Source of the DNA: Spirochaetia bacterium
Lineage (GTDB): Bacteria; Spirochaetota; Spirochaetia; SZUA-6; Bin103
Length of the DNA: 64,000 bases
Reading direction: 5' to 3'
Assembly: GCA_965203055.1 (NCBI GenBank)
Contig: OZ241863.1
Span: 3,904,001-3,968,000, forward strand
The position numbers and the translations under genes were made by a program. This document shows, in pieces, positions 49,371 through 58,704 of the stretch (the first letter of the stretch is position 1; every line of letters begins with the position of its first letter). The notes under the pieces were generated by a model. The model saw only the letters and a program-made list of their open reading frames with translations, was not told the DNA's origin and did no database searches.

Positions 49371-50477
49371 TCAGATGCCCAGGTCGTAGCGATCGTAATC
49401 GGCCAACACTGCCGCGCGGGTGGCGGCGTTGCAGCGGTTGGCCTCGACTTCGCCGGCGAGCGGCTGATAGAGGAACCGCGGTTCGGCGGGATAGCGCTGC
49501 CGGCGGGCGTCGATGGCGAGCGCGATGACCCGCGCCCGGCGGTGGATGCGCTCGTCGTCGTACGGCTCCGGCGCCTCGCCGCGCACGCCGGCGATACTGG
49601 CGCGGCGGTGAAAGCCGAACGTCAGCGTCACGCGGCGGCGGTCGGAACGGTTGGCGAAGGCGCCGTGCAGGAGCTGGCGGTTGACGATCGCTACGTCGCC
49701 GGGAGCGCACACCAGCGGCACGGCGCCGGGCAGCCGGTCGGAGCCGCGGTTGGCGGCGACGCGCGCCTTGATGTCGATCTTGCCCTCGCGGTGCGAACCG
49801 GGAATCAGCCACAACCCGTTCTCCGGCGTGGTGGGATAGAGCTGGGCCATGAAGTTGAAGCCGTGGGTGCCGGCGTCCAGCTCCGGGTTGTCCCAGTGGG
49901 TGGTGCCGTCCTGATGCCACGCGGTCGACGGCCCCAACCCGGCCTCCTTGATCCACAGCGCCTCGCGGAAGGGAACGAAGTCGGGGCCGTTGATCTGCGC
50001 GGCGACGGCCAGAAGCCGCGGATGGCCGTACAGACACAGGAAGCTGTCCATGAACTGCAGGGGGCCGACGACGTTGACCAGCACCTCGGCGGGGGCGCCG
50101 GCCGGAGCGGCGTACTCGGTCATCCGCGCCTGGTACCGGCCGCGCGCCGCGCCGGTGCCGCCGAACGGATCGCTCAGCGGGCGGCCGAACTTGAAGCGGG
50201 CCATCCCCGGCGGGCCGGAACCGAGGGCCGGGCGTCCCGCCGCGTCGGTGGCCGCGGCGCTCGAAGTCGGCGCGCGTTCCAGCAACCGTTCGAAGTCGGC
50301 CGCCAGAGCGGCGACCTCGTCCGCGCCGAGCACCCCTTCGAAGAGATAGAACCCGGTGCGCCAGTACGCCGCGGTAATCCGCTGCCGCAGCCTGCCGTCG
50401 GCTTCGAACTCCAGCGGTCCGCGGTTCCCCAACTCGGCCGCGCGCCGGCTTCCTGCCGCCAGGTACTCATCTTCCAT
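49371..50477 (-). CDS. Phytanoyl-CoA dioxygenase (PhyH) family
   Basis: WHQD, ENGLWLIPGSH, LHGAFAN...R. Confidence 0.88.
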   Translation of the reverse strand: MEDEYLAAGSRRAAELGNRGPLEFEADGRLRQRITAAYWRTGFYLFEGVLGADEVAALAADFERLLERAPTSSAAATDAAGRPALGSGPPGMARFKFGRPLSDPFGGTGAARGRYQARMTEYAAPAGAPAEVLVNVVGPLQFMDSFLCLYGHPRLLAVAAQINGPDFVPFREALWIKEAGLGPSTAWHQDGTTHWDNPELDAGTHGFNFMAQLYPTTPENGLWLIPGSHREGKIDIKARVAANRGSDRLPGAVPLVCAPGDVAIVNRQLLHGAFANRSDRRRVTLTFGFHRRASIAGVRGEAPEPYDDERIHRRARVIALAIDARRQRYPAEPRFLYQPLAGEVEANRCNAATRAAVLADYDRYDLGI

Positions 50478-50527
50478 AACGCCACATGATAGCACGCCGC
50501 GGCGGCGCTGCGGCGCCACGCCCGCGG

Positions 50528-52342
50528 CTACGGGCCGCCGGCGTGGGGGGCGCGCAGCGCGGCGATTTCTTCCAGCAACGCGGCGCCGAGTTGGTCCGTC
50601 GGGACGACTCGGCGTTCCGCCGCGCCGCGCCGCGACAGTTCCGCGCCGCCCGCCGCCAGCGAGCGTTCGCCCACTACCACCCGCAACGGCAGGCCGCGCA
50701 GATCGGCGTCGGTCAGCTTGACCCCGGCGCTCAGCCCGCGGCGGTCGTCGTAGAGCACCTCGATGCCGGCGGCCGTCAACTCCGCGAACAGGCGCTCGGC
50801 GGCCTGCCAGGTCTCCGGCTTGCGGGCCAGCGCGACCAGGGAAACCTGATACGGGGCGACCGACACCGGCAGCGCCAGACCGCGCGCGTCGTGATGCTCC
50901 TCGGCCACGCACGCCAGCAGCCGCTCCAAGCCGATGCCGTACGACCCCATCACGATGGGGTGGGCGGCGCCCGCCGCGTCGGTGAAGCGCGCCTCCTGGG
51001 CCTCCGAGTAACGGGTGCCGAGTTGGCGCAGGGCGCCCACCGCGACCCCGCGGGCGAGGCGCAACGGGGCGCCGCAGGAAGCGCACGGCGCGCCGTCGAA
51101 GGCGGCGGCAACCAAGCCCACTACCGTCGGCTGGTAGTCTCGCCCGCAGCACACGTTGCGCAGGTGGTAGCCGGCCCGGTTGGCGCCCATCACCAGGTTG
51201 GCGCTCTCCGCCACCCAGCGATCGACCACGAAGACCGCCTTCCCCGGTTCGACGCCTACCGGCGAGGCGAAGCCCGGCACCATGCCGGCAGCGGCGATCT
51301 CATCCGCGTGCGCCGGCCGCAGCTCCCCCACTCCGGCCAGTTCCTGCACCTCGACCGGATTCGCCTCCAGGTCGCCGCGCACGACCGCGGCTACCACGGT
51401 GACGTTCGCCGCGCCCGCACCGGCCCCCTCCCCGGCACCGTCCCCAGCGCCCGCCGCGGCGGCGTCTGCCGGGGCGTAGAACACCATCTTCGCCGCTTGC
51501 TGCGGGGCGATTCCCAGGAACGCCGCCAACTCGTCGATGGTGGCGGCGCCCGGCGTGGGCACCTCCTCCAGCGCCGCGGGCTCTCCAGCCGCCGGCTCCA
51601 GCGCGAAGCGGGCGGCCTCGCGCCGGGCGGCGTAGCCGCACTGCGCGCACCGCGCGATACCGTCCTCGCCGCCGGCGGTCAGGTACATGAACTGATGGGC
51701 CGCGGCGCCGCCGATCGGGCCGCGGTCGCTGCGCGCCGCCGTCAACGGCACTCCGACGCGCCGCCCGATGCGCTGGAACGCCTCGTAGTGAGCGAGGTAC
51801 TGGCGCTCCAGCCCCGCCTGATCGCGGTCCAGGGAGTAGGAGTCCTGCCGGCGGAACTCGCGCAGCCGAAGCAGGCCGCCGCGCGGGCGCAGCTCGTCCC
51901 GGAAGCTGGTCCGCACCTGGAACACCAGCGCGGGGAGTTGCCGGTAGGAGGAGATTTCCGCGGCGGCGTGGAACGCCAGCGCCGCCTCGTGAGCCGTCGC
52001 CAGCACCAGGTCGCGCTCGCGGCGGTCGCGAAAACGCGCCGGACCGGCGTCGAGTTCAGGCCGGCGGCCCGCGGCCTGCCACAGCTCCGCCGGCTGGACC
52101 AGCGGCAGAGACAGCTCCTGGCCGCCGATCCGCTCCAGCTCCTCGCGCACGATCTGCTCGAGCTTGCGCAGCGCCCGCCAGCCGAGCGGCAACAGGGAAA
52201 CAATGCCGGGCGCCACCGGGCGCACGTAGCCGGCGCGCAGCAGCAGGGCATGCGATTCCCCCTCCGCCTCGGGGGGCGCATGCCGCAACGTGCTCCCGAA
52301 CAAGTTGGAAACCCGCTGCCCGATTCGTTCACCGCCCTGCAT
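50528..52342 (-). CDS. proS: Proline--tRNA ligase homolog (bacterial type with editing domain), degenerate active site
   Basis: LLLRAGY, FRDE.RPR.GL.R.REF, INS domain with GFASP, MGSYGIGLERL, anticodon domain; several catalytic motifs altered. Confidence 0.8.
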   Translation of the reverse strand: MQGGERIGQRVSNLFGSTLRHAPPEAEGESHALLLRAGYVRPVAPGIVSLLPLGWRALRKLEQIVREELERIGGQELSLPLVQPAELWQAAGRRPELDAGPARFRDRRERDLVLATAHEAALAFHAAAEISSYRQLPALVFQVRTSFRDELRPRGGLLRLREFRRQDSYSLDRDQAGLERQYLAHYEAFQRIGRRVGVPLTAARSDRGPIGGAAAHQFMYLTAGGEDGIARCAQCGYAARREAARFALEPAAGEPAALEEVPTPGAATIDELAAFLGIAPQQAAKMVFYAPADAAAAGAGDGAGEGAGAGAANVTVVAAVVRGDLEANPVEVQELAGVGELRPAHADEIAAAGMVPGFASPVGVEPGKAVFVVDRWVAESANLVMGANRAGYHLRNVCCGRDYQPTVVGLVAAAFDGAPCASCGAPLRLARGVAVGALRQLGTRYSEAQEARFTDAAGAAHPIVMGSYGIGLERLLACVAEEHHDARGLALPVSVAPYQVSLVALARKPETWQAAERLFAELTAAGIEVLYDDRRGLSAGVKLTDADLRGLPLRVVVGERSLAAGGAELSRRGAAERRVVPTDQLGAALLEEIAALRAPHAGGP

Positions 52343-52378
52343 CGCTATAGTCCTGCCGGCCGCGTCGTAATCTCTTAC

Positions 52379-52861
52379 TCAGAGTGGATACTGGAGGCCC
52401 TCAGGTTTCAGCCGCTTCATTTCTATGGCCTTGATCAAAATGTTCTTGACCTTCTTCTTCGATAACACTCGGTACTGATCCTTCGCTAGTGCTGCGACGA
52501 TACACTTGGCGGTCGCGCCTAGCCGTTCATAGTCGAGACCGTGTAGATCGACATGCTGATTAACCAAATCGGCGACCGGTGTCCTTCCGTTCGTGGACTT
52601 CAGCCGCTGATCGGCGGCATCCCGTAGTACCTTGTCTGCAACCCACACTACCTCGATCTTGTCCAAACGTTGTCCAGCCGATGCCATCGCCAGCACGACG
52701 TCTTCGACCTCGTGCTTCTTACCGTCACCGCATCTCCAGAATGACAGCGTTTTCCCATGTGTACGCAGGTCTGCAGTAACAGCGTCGGCTGAAATTTCGT
52801 CATCTCCTATATCTTGCCGATCTTCCCATTTCGACCGTGTGATCTTGCGAGCAAGGAACAT
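52379..52861 (-). CDS. Hypothetical protein, possible ART/RES-like fold
   Basis: Low GC; pattern R-K(N-terminal)...LSFW...HVDL; starts 4 nt after the upstream stop. Confidence 0.6.
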   Translation of the reverse strand: MFLARKITRSKWEDRQDIGDDEISADAVTADLRTHGKTLSFWRCGDGKKHEVEDVVLAMASAGQRLDKIEVVWVADKVLRDAADQRLKSTNGRTPVADLVNQHVDLHGLDYERLGATAKCIVAALAKDQYRVLSKKKVKNILIKAIEMKRLKPEGLQYPL

Positions 52862-52865
52862 CTAG

Positions 52866-53600
52866 CTACGATGTCTTGAGATCGTTGACGACCATATCAA
52901 TATACTGTGCAAGCCACTGTTCTGACTCGTCGTGGCCCTCAAGAACCGAAATCAAGTCCGAATCTGCCCAGTGTTCAGCGGCTTGTACCGCCGCGTCTCT
53001 GATCTGAACGTTTTTCACAACCAACGCTTTGCACACGAGATCAGCCCGCCATACGGCTGTTCCAGGATCAGTTCGACGCCCCAAACAGCGCAGTAGCGAG
53101 GCCGCGAAAGACGGCCGTCCGGCGTCCAAAGAAACCTCACTCAACCACGCAAGAAGCGGCTGATCATCCCCGAGGCTCAACGCATTCTCCAGGACATCGT
53201 CGGCTGGATGGGCCATACCGTCTTCAAGTACTTCGGAATCGAACGCAGCGTACAGGGTACGCTCGAGGCGTGCTATTGCCTCGTCAGTCCACTCAGTAGA
53301 AACGCGTTGCGGTTCTCGTGTGTGGTCCCTCATCGCACTCTTGGCTACCATATGCGTAGCCGCAGCGACGACCAGCGGGGGCTTGGCTGACACGATTAGT
53401 GGCGGTATAAGTACCGCTTGGTTCGATACAGCAAGAGAACTTCTCGCAAGTATAAATACCTCTTCCTTCGGTACTACAAGTAAACCCTCTTCTTCAATCC
53501 AGACCTGTTGGTAAGTGGATTGTGCAGAGTCTCCGATTCGACGATAATCGACTATCGGAAGACCATACTCTCGAATCAGCGTCGTCTGCTCAGTCTGCAT
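52866..53600 (-). CDS. Hypothetical protein with C-terminal HEAT-like helices
   Basis: Low GC; ATG 53600 overlaps the end of the upstream gene; IRDAAVQAAEHW...ESEQWL. Confidence 0.6.
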   Translation of the reverse strand: MQTEQTTLIREYGLPIVDYRRIGDSAQSTYQQVWIEEEGLLVVPKEEVFILARSSLAVSNQAVLIPPLIVSAKPPLVVAAATHMVAKSAMRDHTREPQRVSTEWTDEAIARLERTLYAAFDSEVLEDGMAHPADDVLENALSLGDDQPLLAWLSEVSLDAGRPSFAASLLRCLGRRTDPGTAVWRADLVCKALVVKNVQIRDAAVQAAEHWADSDLISVLEGHDESEQWLAQYIDMVVNDLKTS

Positions 53601-54357
53601 CGAAAAGCTCTCTGGACTTGTCCGTGATGACGGCCTCGAACGCAGACCGCTCTCGATCACGTAGATCTTGTGCCTTTTCCATAGCTATATCCTTTCCTAC
53701 AGCAGCTTCCGTTTCCCAAATAACATCGAGATCGAGAACTATCTGGGCGTCATCCGTTGAACTCGAAATTCTTGCTTGCGATAGAATGAGGCGCACGCCG
53801 TCTTCATAGGAAAGCTCCGTACGACTTACATACTCACTCATCCGCGGCGGTAATTCCGGGACAACCGGCAACGCGCACCTCAGATATTCTCCGATATTTG
53901 CCGGCCCTTGCGGAATGCCGATCCGGTTGAGGTACCGAACTCCAATTCTCTTGACACCATTCGGCTTGGCTACCATCCAGTATGCATCGAGAGTCTGCTG
54001 GATTCGACTCCGAAATTCTTCCCAGCCACCGCTCCGGTCGGCAGTACGATGATAGGGCCGAAGCATATGTACGCTAACCACATCGGGACCGACGCCAACA
54101 ATTCTCTTGCCGTCATCCGTTATTAACTGGACTCTTACCAGTCTTTCGCCATGTTGTAACGCGGAAGGTTGTCCATTCCGCACTGCTAGCCCGACCCGTA
54201 CCACGTTCTGCTGCCGCGGCTTACCTGAATATTCGTCACCCAGTTTACTGTGGAGCTTGCCTGGAATGGTAAGGTCCCACTCTTCGCTTGGATCAAAATG
54301 AAATTCGCATAGCGCTTCCTCAATCGGCGGATTCCTGTATCGACGACGGGTGTCCAT
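53590..54357 (-). CDS. TIGR04255 family protein
   Basis: AGGAG RBS; YRNPPIEEALCEFHF, VKRIGVRYLNRI, VLDLD, FEAVIT. Confidence 0.8.
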   Translation of the reverse strand: MDTRRRYRNPPIEEALCEFHFDPSEEWDLTIPGKLHSKLGDEYSGKPRQQNVVRVGLAVRNGQPSALQHGERLVRVQLITDDGKRIVGVGPDVVSVHMLRPYHRTADRSGGWEEFRSRIQQTLDAYWMVAKPNGVKRIGVRYLNRIGIPQGPANIGEYLRCALPVVPELPPRMSEYVSRTELSYEDGVRLILSQARISSSTDDAQIVLDLDVIWETEAAVGKDIAMEKAQDLRDRERSAFEAVITDKSRELFDAD

Positions 54358-54482
54358 CAGTCTCCTCTCTGAGCGTGCGATGTCTCCCACTGTCGCGGCA
54401 CGCGCAACGCTTCCTTCGCAAGGTCCCTAAGGAAGTATACCGTGACCGCACCGTGTGAGGCCGCGGGCCAGGGCAAGGGCGG

Positions 54483-56216
54483 TCAGCCGCCGCCGACGGT
54501 GACTGCCAGCTCCGGCGCCCGCCGGCGCTTGCCGAGGCGGTCCGCGCGGCGCCGTTCGAGGCGCTTCAGGTGCTGCTGCTCGCTGATCGGCGCATGCGGA
54601 AACCAGCGCTGGCCGCGCAGGTAGGGCACCAGGGCCGCGTACGCGTCCGGCGTGCCGGTGCGGAAGAGCTGTTCGGCGGCGTAGGCTCCGACGTAGCCGT
54701 CGGCATCGTCCAGCGCCGCGGCCAGCGCCGCGATACCCGCGCCGCCGGTGGGGCCGATGCGGAACAGCGCCTGCAGCACGTACTGGCGCAGTTCGCTCTC
54801 CGGCTCACGCTGCAGGCGCTCCAGCAGCGCCTCTTCGATCCCGTCCGCGGGCGCGGCGATGATGCCGATGGCCGACAAGGCGTGCCGGCGCACGTTGGGC
54901 GCCGGGTCGCCGGCCGCGGCCAGCAGGCGCGGCAGCGCGACCGCCGCCGGGCGGCCGATCTCGCCGAGGGCGTAGGCGGCCCAGGCGCGGGTGTGCTCGC
55001 CGGCGGCCGTGAGGCGCTCCGCCAACGGCGCGACCGCCGCCGCTCCCATGGCGCCCAGGGCGTGGGCGGCGATGGAGACGTGGGTCACCGGATCGAACTC
55101 GTAGAACGCCGCGTCCGCGGCCAACAGCTCCAGGAGCGGCGCCTGTGCAGGGGCTCCCGCCGCGCCGAGCGCATAGGCGGCGTTGAGCCGCACCGGTTCG
55201 TAGTCATCGCGCAACGCGCGCACCAGCGCCGCGACCACCGCCTCGACGTCTCCGCCGGCGCCGCGCAGGAAGCCCAGCTCGTTGGCCGCCTGCAACCGGT
55301 GCTCCGCTACCGGTGCCTGCAGCCGGTCGATCAGCGCGCCGGCGGTGAGGCGCTGCCCCCGCTCGCCGGGGCCGCGCTGAAAGCGGTCGGCGGCGCCGCG
55401 CATCCAGTTCCAGACGTAGGTCCAGAGAATCTCATGGTCGGGAATCGCCCGCACGTCGGGCTGCTCCCAATCCGCCGTCCGATTGTCCCAGGTCGGCGCC
55501 GCCGGCTCCTCGGTGCGCATGAACACGAACTTCTGCCCGTAGCGGTGCTGTTGCGCGAGATTTTCGATCACCGAGTGGCCGACGTCGAAGTGCATGATCG
55601 AGACCGCGCCGAGACCGCCGGTCAGCGGCACCATGGTGCGGTGGATGTAGTGCTCGGGGAGTCCATAGGTACCGCTGTCGTGCGGCGTCAGGGTCAGCAG
55701 CGGGTCGGGGTCGCCGCGCCGCGCGAGATTGTGCTGATAGTGGGAGCGCGGCACGATCACCGTGGGCCCCTGCTCGTCGGGACACTCCTGCGGGTAGTAG
55801 AACAGGATCGCCCAGCGCGGCACCCGGTGGCGCGGCTTCTGGCCGCCGGCGTGCCCATCCTTGTGAATCCCCATGATCAGCCGGCGCCCGTTCGCGCCGG
55901 CGGCGGCCGGCCTGGCGAAGTTGGGATGGCAGTGGCGGTGCGGCAGCATCACGTAATTGCGGCCCAGCAGGCTGGTCAGGGCGCCGCGCACCTGCGGCGC
56001 GTCCATGATCCGCTGCAGCTCCGGCACCACCGGCAGCACGTTGTTCAGCGGATTGTACGCCCATTCCACCTCCGGGCTTCTGATCTTGGAGAAGATGGCG
56101 TCAGTCTTTTCGAAGATGGCGCGGTGCACCGCTTCCGGCAGCTCGGCCTGCACCTGCACGTAGCCGTCGACGATGAACCGGCGGACCGCGGCGTCCGACA
56201 ACAGATGGGTACTCAT
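54483..56216 (-). CDS. PhyH-family dioxygenase fused to HEAT repeats
   Basis: N-terminal F..DGY, HKD, GPT.IVP.SH; C-terminal VRLNAAYALG / AAYALGEIG repeats. Confidence 0.85.
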   Translation of the reverse strand: MSTHLLSDAAVRRFIVDGYVQVQAELPEAVHRAIFEKTDAIFSKIRSPEVEWAYNPLNNVLPVVPELQRIMDAPQVRGALTSLLGRNYVMLPHRHCHPNFARPAAAGANGRRLIMGIHKDGHAGGQKPRHRVPRWAILFYYPQECPDEQGPTVIVPRSHYQHNLARRGDPDPLLTLTPHDSGTYGLPEHYIHRTMVPLTGGLGAVSIMHFDVGHSVIENLAQQHRYGQKFVFMRTEEPAAPTWDNRTADWEQPDVRAIPDHEILWTYVWNWMRGAADRFQRGPGERGQRLTAGALIDRLQAPVAEHRLQAANELGFLRGAGGDVEAVVAALVRALRDDYEPVRLNAAYALGAAGAPAQAPLLELLAADAAFYEFDPVTHVSIAAHALGAMGAAAVAPLAERLTAAGEHTRAWAAYALGEIGRPAAVALPRLLAAAGDPAPNVRRHALSAIGIIAAPADGIEEALLERLQREPESELRQYVLQALFRIGPTGGAGIAALAAALDDADGYVGAYAAEQLFRTGTPDAYAALVPYLRGQRWFPHAPISEQQHLKRLERRRADRLGKRRRAPELAVTVGGG

Positions 56217-56291
56217 GACCGGATCAGCATACGGAAATCGCGCCCGCCCGCCCACCGCTGCGCAACCGCCGCGCGGGGTGCCGATTACCGG

Positions 56292-57077
56292 TTACGCGGC
56301 GCCGGCAGCCGCCCGACTCCGATCGCGGTAGTGAACCCGCCGCGTTCCGTCGAACGAGATGCGCGGCCAATCGCGGTCCCAGTTCTCGGAGCCGCGGGGG
56401 ATGTAGTGGCACGCCAGCGCGTGGCGGGGCGTCCCGGGGCGCAGCACCGCGGCGCCGCCGTGGATCAGCCGGCCGTGGAACAGCACCACGTCTCCCCGAT
56501 CCACCAGCACCTGCGCCTCGTCCTTCCCGTTCTGCCGAAAGACCTCCCGTACCAGGGGGAAGTAGCGTTCGCGCTGTTGCTGCCGGTAGGTCTCTCCCGC
56601 CCGCAGCGTATGCCGCGCGTCCTGCTTGGTGACGAGCCGGCCCCGGTGGGAACCGGGCTGGACCACCAGCGGGCCATTGCTCGCGTCGACGTCGACCATG
56701 GCGATCCACGCCGACATGCAATCGGGCAGGTAGTACTGGTCCTGGTGGAACGGATGCTCGGAACCCTCGAAGAAGTGCATCGTCTGAATCGCCTCCGGTT
56801 CGTCGCCGAAGCAATCCGCAAGCGGCTGACGCAGACGCGGATCGACCAGGAACTGCAGCGCGTGCGGATCATACCGATGCTGATTGAAGGTGCGGCTCCC
56901 GTAATCTTCCTGCTGAGAAAATCCGCTGATCCGCTTTCGTCCGCGGCGCAGATCATCCACGTGTTCGACGAATCTCCGGCACTCGTCCACCGAGAACACT
57001 CGCCGCAGTACGACGTAGCCGTCGTCCCGGTACTGCGCCCGCTGTTCCGGCGTCAAACCACCTCGCTCAGACCCCAT
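56292..57077 (-). CDS. Phytanoyl-CoA dioxygenase (PhyH) family
   Basis: LTPEQ..QY.DDGY, FHQD, NGPLVVQPGSH, IHGG. Confidence 0.88.
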   Translation of the reverse strand: MGSERGGLTPEQRAQYRDDGYVVLRRVFSVDECRRFVEHVDDLRRGRKRISGFSQQEDYGSRTFNQHRYDPHALQFLVDPRLRQPLADCFGDEPEAIQTMHFFEGSEHPFHQDQYYLPDCMSAWIAMVDVDASNGPLVVQPGSHRGRLVTKQDARHTLRAGETYRQQQRERYFPLVREVFRQNGKDEAQVLVDRGDVVLFHGRLIHGGAAVLRPGTPRHALACHYIPRGSENWDRDWPRISFDGTRRVHYRDRSRAAAGAA

Positions 57078-58618
57078 AGCTCCTCCCTTCGCGCCATCAG
57101 CATGTCGTCCCTGTCAGCGACTCGTTTCTTTACCACCGGGACAGCCTGAGCCGCTGGCACAACCGGATTCAGGTATGCCAGGAGATCGCCGCGCGCTGCG
57201 TGTTCGCTCTCTGTTGCTCGCCACGTCTCCGACAGACACAGAAACCGGGCTCGTTTGAAGCGGCGTCCTGTCTTGTCCATATCTTCGGTTTCCTTGACGA
57301 ACAAGACGCTTTCGTCGGCGACCTGCTGAAACACCGCCGGCGAATGGGTGTTGACGATCACCTGACGGAGCGGGTTGTCGTCGCCAACGGACTCCTGAGT
57401 GTCGACCGCTATGTCAGACAACAGATCCAGAACCGCGGGGATTCGTGCAGGATGAATTCCATTCTCAGGTTCTTCCAGGCAGAGAACCCCTTGCATGGTC
57501 GGATCGCTTTCCATTATGGACAGTGCGAGGAACCGCAGCGTGCCGTCGGATAGTGCTCGGGCAGGATGCGGCGTACCGTCTCTGTCCTTTACGTAGAGCG
57601 TCATGAGCTCTCGCTTTTCGTCGAGATCGACGGAGATGTCATGTACGTCGTCGATCAATTCACGTAAACGGTTGGTAATCTGACTATAGGCTTGCTCCGT
57701 TCGCACTCCCGTGACGGAGGCCATACGGTTGCCGCCGCGCCGCTGCGGTCCGGAATTGCGCGCCAAGTGGTAGAGCGTCGCGGCCAGATGACGCCCGTCG
57801 GCTCCCAGATGGGTAGGAGAAACAAACGCGTCCGGCTGCCGCATGGCTGACGGTTCCAGTTGCACCAACCGCCATGACTCCATCTCCCGGCGCGCAACCA
57901 ATACCGTGGGGCTCTCGGCTGCATTGGCTACCGACAATACGGTGCGCGGCAGATTGGCGGCCGGCCGCCGCAACGGACGTCCGCTGCTGCCGCCATCCTG
58001 ATGCAGCTTTATGACTCTGCCTTCACCTTCTCCTTCTGTTGAAATAAAGTATTGCGCAGTTCGCCGTCCCGTCACTACGGACTTACGCCAATCTTTTGCG
58101 CTATGGGGAAACAGAAGATGTCGGGGCGCGTCCCGCTGCGCGACGTGGACCAACTCCTCTTTGACGATCTCAAGCGCACCTCGCTCCAGGTGATCATTCG
58201 ATTCCCGGTACGCGAGCTCAAGGGAGTAGCGCAAGAAGGTGATGCTCGCCCTGGCCTCCTGCCCCAGGTCATCGACCGCCTTCCCCGGCACGACCATCTC
58301 CGCCTCGAAGGCAATACGATCGGCATAGTGAGAACCGGTATGATGAAAGAGGTCCCTCACTTGCGTCGTGCGGCCGTGCTGGTCGCGCACCGAGATGGCG
58401 GCCTCCATGAGCGTGCGATTGGCCAGTGCGCTCAGAAACCGAATCGCGTCGAACAGATTCGACTTCCCGGCCCCATTCGGCCCGACTACGCAGGTAAACG
58501 AACCAAGGCGCAGATCAACGTCGACCAGATTCTTGAAACCGGAAACTTGCAGCCGAGTCAACACGAGCGGGGTTGTTCCTTCGCCGCGGATACTGTCGCC
58601 CTCGCGCGGCTCTGTCAA
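57053..58618 (-). CDS. ABC-type/AAA_21 ATPase of the defence-associated class
   Basis: Walker A GPNGAGKS, signature LSDGT, Walker B LEEPENGIHP, H-loop NTHSP; lower GC; start uncertain. Confidence 0.85.
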   Translation of the reverse strand: MTEPREGDSIRGEGTTPLVLTRLQVSGFKNLVDVDLRLGSFTCVVGPNGAGKSNLFDAIRFLSALANRTLMEAAISVRDQHGRTTQVRDLFHHTGSHYADRIAFEAEMVVPGKAVDDLGQEARASITFLRYSLELAYRESNDHLERGALEIVKEELVHVAQRDAPRHLLFPHSAKDWRKSVVTGRRTAQYFISTEGEGEGRVIKLHQDGGSSGRPLRRPAANLPRTVLSVANAAESPTVLVARREMESWRLVQLEPSAMRQPDAFVSPTHLGADGRHLAATLYHLARNSGPQRRGGNRMASVTGVRTEQAYSQITNRLRELIDDVHDISVDLDEKRELMTLYVKDRDGTPHPARALSDGTLRFLALSIMESDPTMQGVLCLEEPENGIHPARIPAVLDLLSDIAVDTQESVGDDNPLRQVIVNTHSPAVFQQVADESVLFVKETEDMDKTGRRFKRARFLCLSETWRATESEHAARGDLLAYLNPVVPAAQAVPVVKKRVADRDDMLMARREELWGLSEVV

Positions 58619-58704
58619 CTGGCGTCTGGCTCAGCGCCGGCGTCCCTTGATTCGCGGGCGCATGGTACGCGATACTACGCGGCCATTACCGCGGGAGAAA
58701 TGCC

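Noticed and set aside
39945..57077. Fe/2OG halogenases among the PhyH genes
   Set aside because: All four keep the HxD carboxylate rather than HxA/HxG
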